A stretch of DNA of 64,000 bases from an uncultured Desulfatitalea sp. Lineage in GTDB: Bacteria; Desulfobacterota; Desulfobacteria; Desulfobacterales; Desulfosarcinaceae. The stretch spans positions 640,001-704,000 of the forward strand of contig CAXXMB010000002.1 of NCBI GenBank assembly GCA_963668675.2, in the 5' to 3' direction. Within the stretch, counting starts at the first letter, position 1. Each line of letters begins with the position of its first letter. Below the pieces are notes generated by a model that saw only the letters and a program-made list of their open reading frames with translations, had not been told where the DNA came from and did not search any database. The position numbers and the translations under genes were made by a program. Positions 42,611-52,508 of this stretch are shown here, piece after piece.

Positions 42611-43729
42611 ATGAAACAGATGTGTGCAAAATCCCTTATCACCGGCGCTCTTGCCTTGGCGCTCGTCGCCATCGCCTTCGCCCCGGCCTACGCCTTGGAT
42701 TTTAACATCTCAGGTCAGGTCAACCAAATGGCCATCTATGCTGACGATGGAGACGAAAGTGACTTCGCGGTTGTCGACAATGACTCCTCATCCACACGTA
42801 TCCGCGCAACCGGATCAGAGGACTTCGGCCAGATCAAGGTCGGTTTTCAGTTTGAACTGGAAGCGCAACAAAACTCGTCCTATAACTTTGAGATCAATCA
42901 GGATAGCGATGGGGACTTTGAATGGAACGGACGCTGGTTTAACGTCTATTTCGACACTGCGGCCGGTAAACTTGAAATCGGTCAAGGCAGCACCGCCTCC
43001 GACGGTACCGCCGAAACCGACCTCTCCGGGACCGGATTGGTCAACTATTCGAGTACCGCAGATATCGGTGGTGGCCTGCTTTGGAAAGATGACAACGGCA
43101 ATGCTTATGTAACTACAGCTGATGATCCAGCTACCCCTTGGGAAGATGAAACTGCGTATCTTGCAGTTGGCGACACCGTCACCAACTTCGACGGCTTCAG
43201 CCGAAAAGAACGTATTCGCTACAACACCCCCAACCTGGCCGGCTTCACCGTTGCCACCAGTTTCACAAATGGTGGTGCATGGGATGCCGCCCTGAATTAT
43301 GCCGGCGAGTTCGGCGGCAACAAATTGGCGGCTTCCGCAAGTTACCTCAAGTATAATGGCCGGAGCGACACAGTTAAAGATCGTATTGCCGCTTCGATCT
43401 CTTATCTGGCTCCCTTCGGCCTGAACCTCACCTTCGCCTACGGCACGGACAACTATGAGGCCGCTGGCCGTGATGACGCCGTCGGCTATTACGGCAAAAT
43501 CGGTTACAAAACCGGTATCCACGCTGTTGCCATCGATTATGGGGTTACCGAAGATCTGTTCGCGGAAGACTATGAGGGCTCTTCCTATGCTCTCGGCTAT
43601 GTCGTCAACCCGTGGGCGCCGGTCGAGCTCTATGCGGTTTACCGCGTGTTCATGCTTGATACACCAACCGGCGTTGATGATCCGGAGGACATCACTGTGA
43701 TCGGTGTCGGTACCCGCGTCAAATTCTAA
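42611..43729 (+). CDS. Outer-membrane porin
   Basis: Signal peptide ending AYA, ISGQVN, IRYNTP, amphipathic strands, terminal Phe; AAGGAGG RBS. Confidence 0.88.
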   Translation: MKQMCAKSLITGALALALVAIAFAPAYALDFNISGQVNQMAIYADDGDESDFAVVDNDSSSTRIRATGSEDFGQIKVGFQFELEAQQNSSYNFEINQDSDGDFEWNGRWFNVYFDTAAGKLEIGQGSTASDGTAETDLSGTGLVNYSSTADIGGGLLWKDDNGNAYVTTADDPATPWEDETAYLAVGDTVTNFDGFSRKERIRYNTPNLAGFTVATSFTNGGAWDAALNYAGEFGGNKLAASASYLKYNGRSDTVKDRIAASISYLAPFGLNLTFAYGTDNYEAAGRDDAVGYYGKIGYKTGIHAVAIDYGVTEDLFAEDYEGSSYALGYVVNPWAPVELYAVYRVFMLDTPTGVDDPEDITVIGVGTRVKF

Positions 43730-43780
43730 GCGGGAATAAGAAAGTGTCCTTAAGACAGGCTTAAAAACGCCTCTCACAAT

Positions 43781-43817
43781 AAAAAGGCGGCCCTCACGCG
43801 GTGGGGGTCGCCTTTTT
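43781..43817. terminator. Intrinsic terminator after the porin
   Basis: aaaaaggcggccctcac/gtgggggtcgccttttt. Confidence 0.8.
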
Positions 43818-43855
43818 ACTTCCATTTCCGATGTTATCCAATCGGTGCCATGATA

Positions 43856-43879
43856 GGCGGGGATAAACCCCGCCCCTAC
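43856..43879 (-). repeat. GTAG-type REP element
   Basis: Minus strand GTAGG-GGCGGGG-TTTAT-CCCCGCC. Confidence 0.7.
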
Positions 43880-43927
43880 GACCGATGGTCTTGCTACCTC
43901 TCAGATTTCGATGAATCTACAACTGGA

Positions 43928-44107
43928 GGTGAGTCCAGTGGGTGGTCTGCACCTCGTCAGCATTGCATTTTAGTGCCGCTTGGCTGCTGTGGAGGATCAG
44001 CGGCCCGGACTGTTTGAGCGCCAGCGAGTTTCCGGGTCGCCCGGAACAGCAGCTTAGCGGCACTTAAATGCGTTTGCGTGAGGTGCAGACCACCCACTGG
44101 ACTCACC
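43928..44107. repeat. 180-bp palindromic (MITE/REP-like) element
   Basis: Perfect 28-bp terminal inverted repeat with further inner complementary segments. Confidence 0.85.
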
Positions 44108-44152
44108 GGCTCACAAACCCATACCTTGATTTACTTCTTTAACTTCCGCCCC

Positions 44153-46027
44153 CTATTCCACCGCCAACGTATAGTGAACCGTATACCGCGCCAACAACTC
44201 TGCCACCCGCGCCTCGATCTTCAAGGTATCGGCGCCCTCGGCCGCTTCGATGCGGATCGTTGCGCTGGTGCCATGCACCTTGTCCTCCGCCACGCTCACT
44301 TCGACCCGCTTCACCAAATCGCCCAACCCCTTCAACGCCTCCTCATAGACCCGCCGGGTGGCATCCCAGCGCAGGGCCGGCTTGAATATCTTCCCCACCG
44401 CGGTGAGGGGGATCTGATCGACGACATAGATCTCCTTGGGCACCGCCGCCCGCTCGCCGATCTTGCTCTGGGCCCACTTCACGACATCCGCTTCACTCAC
44501 CCCGGCATCTTCGGCCAGCTCCACATAGGCCACCGGCACCTCCCCGGCGTGGGCATCCGGCCGCCCCACGGCAGCCGCCATATTGACCCCCTTGAGCTTG
44601 TAGAGCGGCTCTTCGATGGTGGCCGGATCGATATTGTGACCGCCGCGGATGATCAGCTCCTTCATGCGACCGGTCAGCCAGAAAAAGCCGTCCTTGTCCA
44701 TGCGCCCCATGTCGCCGGTGTTGAACCACCCCTCCTTGACCCAGAGGCCGCGGTTGTGCACCTCCTCCACATACCCTTTGAAAGCCGTCGGGCCGCTGAT
44801 GCACACCGATCCGATCTCCTCGACCTCGGCATCGCGCAGGTAGAGGCCGTCTGCATCCAGGACCATCACCTTGACGTGCTGGTAGGGCAACCGGATGCCG
44901 ATGCTGCCGACCTTTCGTTCACCGTCCTTGGGGTTGACACATGAAGCGCAGGTCGACTCGGTCAGTCCATAGCCCTCTAGTATCTTCATACCCGAGTGCT
45001 CCTCGAAGCGCCGGAAAAGCTCGACACTGAGCGGAGCCGCACCGCAGATCAGGTATTTGAGTGAAGAGATGTCGGCATCGCCGACCGGAGTGTCCAGCAG
45101 AACGGAAAGCACCGTCGGCACGCAGGAGAAGAAAACCGGTTTGTAGTGTGCCACGATCTTGTAGAAATTTTTCATGATCGAGGGGTTGCGATACCCTGCG
45201 GCGGATAGGATAACGACCTCCCCGCCCAGGGCAAAGGGCAGAAGGCCGGTGACACAAGTTCCGTTGCAGTGAAAGAGCGGCAGACCAACCATCACCGCCT
45301 CGCCCGGCTGCAGCTCGGTGGCGATTTTGAGCCCCCAGGTCAGTGCCACCTCATTGAAGTGGCTCCGTTTGGCCAACTTTGGCCGGCCCGTGGTACCGCC
45401 GGTGTGATAGAGAGAGGCGATATCGTCGGGTTGAATCTCGCGCTCGAATGTCAACCGATCTCCGGCATAACGCGCCACCGTCTCCTCAAAGCCAAAAATG
45501 CCCTGGGCCTCGTCCGAAGGGCCCATAACCCGTATTACCCTCTTCAGGGAGGGGATCTCCTTGCGGATGGCTTCGACCTTGGGCCAGATGTCCGCGCCCG
45601 GCACATCGCCCAACGCCACCAGCACTTTGGTGCCGGCCGCCTGACAGATCTCCTTGATCGTCTCGGCCTCGAGCATGGGGTTTATGGGATTGGCGATACC
45701 GACCGTCTCCGCTCCCCACAACACGAAGTGGGTCTGGGGCAGGTTGGGGAGCAGATAAGTCACAACGTCCTGTGGCCCCACCCCCATGTCGGCCAGCATA
45801 TTGGCGGTCTGCCGAATTCTTCCGATGAACTCTCCGTAAGTGACACGTTGGGGATTCTGGAAATCGTCTCCATCGGCGATAAAGCTCATGGCTATGGACG
45901 CCGGATTGATGGCTGCTCCCTTGCTGATCAATTCATAGGTGCTGCTCTCTGTAACGCGCTCGGAGAAGGGTACCGTCTCTATGGCTTCGATATCCGCCAG
46001 ATTCCGAATGGTAAAGGTTTCGCCCAT
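44153..46027 (-). CDS. Acyl-CoA synthetase (AMP-forming family)
   Basis: YHTGGTTGRPK, EGYGLTE, FNTGD, IPLTAVGK; AGGAGG RBS. Confidence 0.9.
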   Translation of the reverse strand: MGETFTIRNLADIEAIETVPFSERVTESSTYELISKGAAINPASIAMSFIADGDDFQNPQRVTYGEFIGRIRQTANMLADMGVGPQDVVTYLLPNLPQTHFVLWGAETVGIANPINPMLEAETIKEICQAAGTKVLVALGDVPGADIWPKVEAIRKEIPSLKRVIRVMGPSDEAQGIFGFEETVARYAGDRLTFEREIQPDDIASLYHTGGTTGRPKLAKRSHFNEVALTWGLKIATELQPGEAVMVGLPLFHCNGTCVTGLLPFALGGEVVILSAAGYRNPSIMKNFYKIVAHYKPVFFSCVPTVLSVLLDTPVGDADISSLKYLICGAAPLSVELFRRFEEHSGMKILEGYGLTESTCASCVNPKDGERKVGSIGIRLPYQHVKVMVLDADGLYLRDAEVEEIGSVCISGPTAFKGYVEEVHNRGLWVKEGWFNTGDMGRMDKDGFFWLTGRMKELIIRGGHNIDPATIEEPLYKLKGVNMAAAVGRPDAHAGEVPVAYVELAEDAGVSEADVVKWAQSKIGERAAVPKEIYVVDQIPLTAVGKIFKPALRWDATRRVYEEALKGLGDLVKRVEVSVAEDKVHGTSATIRIEAAEGADTLKIEARVAELLARYTVHYTLAVE

Positions 46028-46244
46028 GCTTTCCTCCTGGAAAATGATTGCAGTCAGGGGATCGGACCGATGACTGGGTTGGTATGAAACGGCAATGCTG
46101 AACCTGCCAGGAACGCCTTCCCCATGGGTCGGCGCTTTAATAATGGCCATTCAGCATGCACTGAAAAGGGACGTTGCAAACTGACAGGCAGAATAGACGA
46201 ATCCAGGTATGCTTGCCAAGGCAAAAAATGGAAGATAGGTAAGT

Positions 46245-46294
46245 AAAAAGGTCTCCCCATCTGCGGCCGACGGAAGGGTCTCAGATGGGGAGGC
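46245..46294 (-). terminator. Terminator after amtB
   Basis: ctccccatctg/cagatggggag stem followed by TTTTT on the minus strand. Confidence 0.65.
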
Positions 46295-46312
46295 GTATTC
46301 TCGTGCTTCCGG

Positions 46313-47650
46313 TTAGAGTCGCGACTCCGGAAAAATAAGGCCGTAGCCGCTCTCGCCGTGCAGGGACTGATCCAGGCCCTGTTGCTCCCCCTCCTCATCG
46401 ATCCGGAAACCGATGGTCTTTTCGACCAGCAGGGAGATCACCCAAGTCCCTACAGCTGCCAGGGCAATCGTAACCCCAATGCCCTTGAGTTGTACGAGAA
46501 ACTGCTGCCAGGCGTTCCAGCCGGCCAAATTGGCGGCGGCAGCGGCCATCCAGCTGTCACGGATAAAGAAACTGAGCAGCAGCACGCCCAACCCGCTCCC
46601 TACGCCATGGATACCGAAGCAGTCCAGGCTGTCGTCGTATCCCAGCTTCATCTTCACCTGCAGCGCATAGTAGCATGCAATGGCGGAGATGGCCCCCAGC
46701 GCCAGGGCACCCGCCGGCTGCACCACCCCGGCGGCAGGCGTGATCACCACCAGTCCGGCCAGAATGCCCGAAACGAATCCCAGCGAGGTCACTTTGCGAA
46801 AGACCAGCGCTTCGATGATCATCCAGGTGAGGGCACCACTGGCCGCCGATATCTGGGTCATGGTCAATGCCCGGGCCGTGTCCAGGCCGCTCTGTACGGT
46901 GGAGCCGGCGTTGAACCCGAACCAGCCGGCCCACAGGATGCCGGCCCCCATCATGGTCATCACCAGGTTGTTGGGGCTCATGGTGGTCTTGGGAAAGCCC
47001 TTGCGCGGTTTGAGAAAAAGCGCCACCACCAGGGCACTGATGCCGGCGGAGACATGGATCACCAAACCACCGGCCAGATCGATCACACCGGCGGCACCGC
47101 TGTTGAAAAGCCAGCCGTCGGGCGCCCACACCCAATGACACAGCGGACAGTAGATGAAGAGAAACCACAAGACGATGAAAAGCGTGTAGCCTTTGAAGTA
47201 GACCCGTTCGGCCAGGGCGCCGCTGATCAGGGCCGGGGTGATGATGGCAAACTTACCCTGGAACATGGCCAGCACATATTCGGGGACCCCATTTACGATG
47301 GTCTCGTCGATGCCGCGAAGCATGAAATAGTCGCTGTTCCAGCCGACAAATCCGCCGAGAATGCTTTTGCCGAAGGCGAGGGAGTAACCGCACACCGCCC
47401 ACAGGACACCGATGATAGCGATGGCCACGAAGCTGTGCATCATGGTTCCCAGTACATTTTTGGTCCGCACCAGGCCGCCGTAAAACATGGCCAGCCCCGG
47501 CACCATGAGCAGCACAAGGGCCGTGGATGTCAACATCCAGGCGGTGGTGCCACTGTCCACCGGCCCGGGATCCCCTGCCAGAGCCGGGAGAGTACCGGCA
47601 ACCAGAACGATCCACGCCATCAACAGGCCCGCAAAAAGCCTCCTCTTCAT
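46313..47650 (-). CDS. amtB: Ammonium transporter
   Basis: PGLAMFYGG, DLAGGLVIH, GWFGFNAGS, YDDSLDCFGIHG, GLDQSLHGE; signal peptide. Confidence 0.93.
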   Translation of the reverse strand: MKRRLFAGLLMAWIVLVAGTLPALAGDPGPVDSGTTAWMLTSTALVLLMVPGLAMFYGGLVRTKNVLGTMMHSFVAIAIIGVLWAVCGYSLAFGKSILGGFVGWNSDYFMLRGIDETIVNGVPEYVLAMFQGKFAIITPALISGALAERVYFKGYTLFIVLWFLFIYCPLCHWVWAPDGWLFNSGAAGVIDLAGGLVIHVSAGISALVVALFLKPRKGFPKTTMSPNNLVMTMMGAGILWAGWFGFNAGSTVQSGLDTARALTMTQISAASGALTWMIIEALVFRKVTSLGFVSGILAGLVVITPAAGVVQPAGALALGAISAIACYYALQVKMKLGYDDSLDCFGIHGVGSGLGVLLLSFFIRDSWMAAAAANLAGWNAWQQFLVQLKGIGVTIALAAVGTWVISLLVEKTIGFRIDEEGEQQGLDQSLHGESGYGLIFPESRL

Positions 47651-47788
47651 CACTTCCTCCTTATAAATGGTAAATGGTGGGTATATCCGGCCGTGAACGA
47701 TGCCCCCCATCGTCACGGCCACCCCTGTTGCCTACCAGTGGGCATCCCTGTTGGACGGACGCCCCCTGGGGGAAATCCTTTAAGGGTT

Positions 47789-47804
47789 AGCATATGGTGT
47801 GCCG
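47789..47804 (-). promoter_or_regulatory. Sigma54 -24/-12 promoter of amtB
   Basis: CGGCAC-ACCAT-ATGCT (GG-N10-GC), followed upstream by an AT-rich tract and the palindrome aacaaaaattttgtt at 47866-47880. Confidence 0.65.
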
Positions 47805-47912
47805 GCAACATAAAACAGAATAAGATACTGTAATATATGCTAATTATATGTATAAAGAGGTTATGAACAAAAATTTTGTTTACAATTTTGTTGGTATTAG
47901 AGGCGGGTTATT

Positions 47913-50756
47913 TCAATTTTGTAATTTTGCACCTGGCTCTGTTGCCGCATATCTGGAGAGCTGGGATTCGATGGCCTTGAGCAATAGATCGGGCTGGATC
48001 GGCTTGGAGACATAGTCGTCCATACCCGCATTGAGGCATTTGGTCCGATCGCCCTTCATGGCGTGGGCGGTCATGGCGATAATCGGCACCCCGGGGTGCT
48101 TCACGCCGTCCCGGGCCTCCCTGATCTGCCGGGTCGCCTCGAAGCCGTCCATTTCGGGCATCTGCACATCCATCAACACCAGGTCGTAGTCGGTTGCAGC
48201 CAAGGCCCGCATCGCTTCACGGCCGTCGTTGACCGCATCGGCGCGAAACCCGAAACGGTCGAGCAGATGCAGTGCCAGTTTCTGGTTGATGGCGTTGTCT
48301 TCGGCCAGGAGGATACGCACCTTGCGCCGCCGCTCCTCGGAGAGGGAGTAGCTGGTAACGATCTGCCCCCTCTTGGCCTCGACCGGTCCTTGCGGTGGTC
48401 TGCTCAGCACCGTCACCAAGCAGTCAAAAAGCTGGGAGCGCCGCACCGGCTTGGTCAGGTAAGCGGAAAAACCGATGCGCTTCATCTCGGCCGCGTCCCC
48501 ACGCAGTCCCTGAGATGTCAGCATGATCATGCGAATCGGGGAGAGCGCCGGATCGGCTTTGATGCGGCGGCCCAATTCTGCGCCATCCATGTCAGGCATC
48601 AGCATATCGGAGATGACCAGGTCATATGGCGCCCCGGCCTTGACCACGGCATGCATCAAAGAGAGGGCCACCTCTGCACCCAATGCCATATCGCAGCTAC
48701 AGCCCCACGCCTTCAGATAGCCATTGAGGATCGTCAGATTGGTGCGGCTGTCGTCGACGATCAATACTCGTTTGTCGCGGATCGAGTCGGGTATTGGCAA
48801 CAATTTCGTCGTTACGACACGCTGTTTTTCGAAACGGGCCGTAAACCAGAAGGTCGAGCCCTCCTGGGGTGCGCTCTCCACACCGATATGGCCGCCCATC
48901 AACTCTGCCAGGCGCTTGGAGATGGCCAGCCCCAGGCCGGTGCCTCCGAACTTGCGTGTGGTAGAGGCGTCCACCTGCTGAAACGAACCGAACAGCTTGG
49001 CCTGGTCCTCCTCGGAGATGCCGATCCCGGTGTCCGACACGGCAAAACGCAGGCTCACCTCCTCCTCCGACTCCTGCTCTGCGTTGACACGCAGGACCAC
49101 TTCACCCTGCTTAGTGAATTTGATGGCATTGGTGGCCAGATTCACAATGATCTGGCGCAGCCGGCCCGGATCTCCCCTGAGCAGCGAGGGCACTTCGTGG
49201 TCGATCTGATAGGCGAATTCGAGCCCTTTGGCGTGGGCCTGCATGGCCGGCAGGGCGATCACTTCAGCGATGGTCTTGCGCAGATCGAAATCGATGATCT
49301 CAATATCCAGTTTGCCGGCTTCGATTTTTGAGAAATCGAGCACGTCGTTGATGACCGAAAGCAGGCTCTCGGCGCTGCGCTTGCCTGTCTCGACAAAATC
49401 GGCCTGCTCCTGGGTCAGCTCGGTATCGTACAGAAGGTTGTACATGCCGAGGATACCGTTCATGGGGGTGCGAATCTCATGGCTCATGTTGGCCAGGAAC
49501 TCGCTCTTGGCCTGTGTGGCTGCCTCGGCCCGCTCCTTGGCTTCGGCAAGTGCCGCTTCGGCCTGCTTCCGTTCAGTGATGTCCCGGGCCACCCCACGAA
49601 ATCCGACCGGCTCTCCCTGGCTATCCAACCGCAGCGATGCCGAGCACTCTACAAAGCGCTTGAGCCCCTCTTCGAGAATGACTTCGTACTGAAGGCAGGG
49701 GTTGGAACGCCCGGTTTTAAAAACGTTACCGAAAGCCTCCTGCAGCTTCTCCCGATTCTCTTGATCTACGTAATCTCGATAATCCGCGACGACCAAAAGC
49801 TCTTTGCCGGTGCCGAAAAGTCTGGCCATGGCGTCGTTGCAAAAGGTAAAACGCCCCCCGAAATCAAGTTCGTAGTAACCGTCCTCAATGCTCTCAAGGA
49901 TATTGCGATACTTGCGTTCGCTTTCCCGCAAAGCCTTTTCAGCGACCTTCTTTTCGGTCACATCACGGGAAATGCCGCTGAATCCCACAGGTTTTCCCTT
50001 GGCATCTCGGATCAGGGTTACATTCAGTTCAGTATAAAGCGTGCTGCCGTCCTTGCGAATAATCTCATTATCCAGAATCTTTCCGGAAACACCGGTATCG
50101 TAGATTTCGGTGCACATTTTTATCTGTTTTCCGGTCATATAAGGGTCTGCAAAATTCCCGAAATTGGCGCCGATGAGCTCCTCCCGGGGGCGTCCGAAAT
50201 GCTTGCAAGCCACATCATTTAAGTAGGAATAATTCCCACTGAGATCTGTTTCAAAATAGGCATCCTCAAGCGTTTCGATGATTGTTCGAAACCTCTCTTC
50301 GCTCTGCCGCAGTTGCTTCTCCCGGTGGCTGCTTTCGATGGCCGCAACAAGGACGCTGTAGACCGTGTTGGCATCAGCTGTTTGGAGCGGCAGATAGCCC
50401 ACGGCCCCATGTCGGGCCGCCTCCAAGGCATCGCTCTGGTTAAACGGATCTGCCAGCAGCACGACCGGCAGATGAGCTGCCGCCGCCTTGAGCCGGCAGC
50501 AGGCGTCGATCCCCTCTTTCTCATGCAAGTTCAGGCATTGAAGCGCGGCATCATATTCCCCGAACGAGAGGGCCTCTATGGCTGCGGAGAGATGTTCAAC
50601 CAGATGCAGCCGGCATTCGGCGGATTCTATTTCGGAAAGACGCTTTCGAACATGGGAAGTTTGGCCTGGATCGGCCGCAATGACGAGAATGTTCACCCGA
50701 TTGCTCCTTTTCGCCAGATAAGAAGAGACCGATAAAAATTGATATCGGCTCTTCAC
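47913..50756 (-). CDS. Soluble hybrid histidine kinase (degenerate REC-PAS-PAS-HisKA-HATPase-REC-REC)
   Basis: [27 protein letters not shown] and two C-terminal receivers; start uncertain. Confidence 0.9.
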   Translation of the reverse strand: MKSRYQFLSVSSYLAKRSNRVNILVIAADPGQTSHVRKRLSEIESAECRLHLVEHLSAAIEALSFGEYDAALQCLNLHEKEGIDACCRLKAAAAHLPVVLLADPFNQSDALEAARHGAVGYLPLQTADANTVYSVLVAAIESSHREKQLRQSEERFRTIIETLEDAYFETDLSGNYSYLNDVACKHFGRPREELIGANFGNFADPYMTGKQIKMCTEIYDTGVSGKILDNEIIRKDGSTLYTELNVTLIRDAKGKPVGFSGISRDVTEKKVAEKALRESERKYRNILESIEDGYYELDFGGRFTFCNDAMARLFGTGKELLVVADYRDYVDQENREKLQEAFGNVFKTGRSNPCLQYEVILEEGLKRFVECSASLRLDSQGEPVGFRGVARDITERKQAEAALAEAKERAEAATQAKSEFLANMSHEIRTPMNGILGMYNLLYDTELTQEQADFVETGKRSAESLLSVINDVLDFSKIEAGKLDIEIIDFDLRKTIAEVIALPAMQAHAKGLEFAYQIDHEVPSLLRGDPGRLRQIIVNLATNAIKFTKQGEVVLRVNAEQESEEEVSLRFAVSDTGIGISEEDQAKLFGSFQQVDASTTRKFGGTGLGLAISKRLAELMGGHIGVESAPQEGSTFWFTARFEKQRVVTTKLLPIPDSIRDKRVLIVDDSRTNLTILNGYLKAWGCSCDMALGAEVALSLMHAVVKAGAPYDLVISDMLMPDMDGAELGRRIKADPALSPIRMIMLTSQGLRGDAAEMKRIGFSAYLTKPVRRSQLFDCLVTVLSRPPQGPVEAKRGQIVTSYSLSEERRRKVRILLAEDNAINQKLALHLLDRFGFRADAVNDGREAMRALAATDYDLVLMDVQMPEMDGFEATRQIREARDGVKHPGVPIIAMTAHAMKGDRTKCLNAGMDDYVSKPIQPDLLLKAIESQLSRYAATEPGAKLQN

Positions 50757-50858
50757 CTTTACACTTGAGGGGGGAGTAGCCTCCCTGGCCCCGTCTGAAA
50801 TCGTCTCTATTCCACAGCATCGCCTGTCTCGCCCCCAAGATCAACCAGACATGCGGTT

Positions 50859-50883
50859 GTTACACTTTGTTACACTTCGTTAC
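50859..50883 (+). promoter_or_regulatory. Three GTTAC direct repeats at 10-bp spacing, OmpR/CpxR-type box
   Basis: gttac-acttt-gttac-acttc-gttac upstream of the Spy/CpxP-like gene. Confidence 0.65.
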
Positions 50884-50977
50884 CCCGTTGAAAAGCACCG
50901 CCGCTGCGGTTGCGATAGGGTATGAACCATACAGGGGCACCCCCTGCTAACCCCAGCAAGCGAATCAGGAGGTCACC

Positions 50978-51436
50978 ATGAAAAAACGTCGTTTGATTTA
51001 CAGTGGGCTCATCATGGCACTGGTGGGATTGGTCTTCACCGGTTTTGCCTATGGCTACCGGCACTTCTATTCACCCGAGGAGCGAATCAACCACTTTACG
51101 GAAAAGATCACCAACGAACTGAACCTGGACACCCGGCAGAAAGCTGTGCTGGAAGAGATCGCATCATCCTTCAAAAATAGAATCACCGAGCTGCGCAGCG
51201 GCCGGGAGCAGACCCACCGAGAGCTGGTGGCGTTGGTAGAGCAGGAGCAGGTTACGGTTGAGGATATTCAAACGGTGATGGCCCGGCCCCGCGAAAAATT
51301 CGATGCAATGGCCGTTTTTGCATCCGAGCAGTTTGTTCGCTTCCATGCGGTGTTGAACGCCGAGCAGCGCACACAGCTGGCGCAAGCCATCGACGAACAC
51401 GCCTCCAATGCCCGCAAGTGCCGCTTTGGACGATAA
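50978..51436 (+). CDS. Spy/CpxP-family periplasmic protein
   Basis: Signal peptide; LNLDTRQK and VLNAEQR (LTxxQ-like) motifs. Confidence 0.8.
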   Translation: MKKRRLIYSGLIMALVGLVFTGFAYGYRHFYSPEERINHFTEKITNELNLDTRQKAVLEEIASSFKNRITELRSGREQTHRELVALVEQEQVTVEDIQTVMARPREKFDAMAVFASEQFVRFHAVLNAEQRTQLAQAIDEHASNARKCRFGR

Positions 51437-51527
51437 CGGCCTGTCCCCCAAGGTATCCGGCCACCGGCGAGGAACACCGCCCGGCCGGATACCACCCCGT
51501 TTTCACTCTTGATAGGAGGGTAAAACA

Positions 51528-51779
51528 ATGACAGAAAAGAGAGCGTACAAAAAAAAGGGAACGGCCGAACCATCGGCCCCGTTGAAAAGCCCCCGACCAG
51601 CAGCCGGCACAGAGGCCAAACCCTCCCGGCGTAGTCGCCGCCTCGGCCTCACGCCGGAGGGTGTCGACAGGCAATTCTGGCCACTGTGGCGCGCCCATGT
51701 GCTGGCCGGTATCGGCATGATTACCGGCTATTCGTTAGGGTTGCCGATGATGTCCGACACCCATCGCAAAGATTCGTAA
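51528..51779 (+). CDS. Small hypothetical protein (83 aa)
   Basis: Strong AGGAGG RBS; fills the operon gap; one weakly hydrophobic segment. Confidence 0.5.
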   Translation: MTEKRAYKKKGTAEPSAPLKSPRPAAGTEAKPSRRSRRLGLTPEGVDRQFWPLWRAHVLAGIGMITGYSLGLPMMSDTHRKDS

Positions 51780-51812
51780 CGCTTTTTGGCAAATCCCCGA
51801 AGGGAGCGTGGT

Positions 51813-52508
51813 GTGGAAACCACCCTGCTGATCATCGACGACGACGAGAAACTCAACCGGCTGCTCACCAAGTACTTGAAAGAGTTTGGATATCGCCTTT
51901 TCTCGGCAACCCATCCCCAAAAGGGGCTGTCGCTGCTCAAAAAGGAATCGCCCGATCTGGTTATCCTCGACGTGATGCTGCCGGAGATGAACGGCTTTGA
52001 AGTGTGCAAACAGGTTCGGTCGTCCAGCAGCGTACCGATCATCATGCTCACCGCCAGGGGCGATCTGATGGACAAAGTGGTGGGGCTCGAGTTGGGCGCC
52101 GACGACTATCTGCCCAAACCGTTCGAGCCGCGGGAGTTGGTGGCCCGCATCCAATCGATTCTGCGCCGCACCCAGATTCAACCCGAAGTCAGCCGGACCG
52201 AATTGGGACGACTGAGCGTCGATTGGGGCCGACGGCGGGTATGGCTGGATGGGGTAGAGGTTATCCTGACCACCAATGAGTTTTCCGCCTTGGCCCTGCT
52301 GGTGCGCCATCCCGGCCGGGTGCTCGACCGGGATGAGATCCTGCAGGAGCTGCGCGGCATGGAGAGCGAGGCCTTCAATCGCACGGTCGACATCACCATC
52401 AGCCGCCTGCGTCAGAAGCTCAACGACGATCCACGCCATCCCGAGTTCATCAAAACCGTGTGGGGTGCCGGTTACATCTTTGTGGGAGGCGAATCCCGGA
52501 ATGCATAA
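51813..52508 (+). CDS. OmpR-family response regulator
   Basis: IIDDD, ILDVMLP, GADDYLPKPF, winged helix RTVDITISRLRQKL, TVWGAGY. Confidence 0.93.
   Translation: METTLLIIDDDEKLNRLLTKYLKEFGYRLFSATHPQKGLSLLKKESPDLVILDVMLPEMNGFEVCKQVRSSSSVPIIMLTARGDLMDKVVGLELGADDYLPKPFEPRELVARIQSILRRTQIQPEVSRTELGRLSVDWGRRRVWLDGVEVILTTNEFSALALLVRHPGRVLDRDEILQELRGMESEAFNRTVDITISRLRQKLNDDPRHPEFIKTVWGAGYIFVGGESRNA

Noticed and set aside
46150..46165. TTCAG-N6-CTGAA as a second FadR box upstream of the acyl-CoA synthetase
   Set aside because: Arms are only 5 bp and do not match the box at 3098
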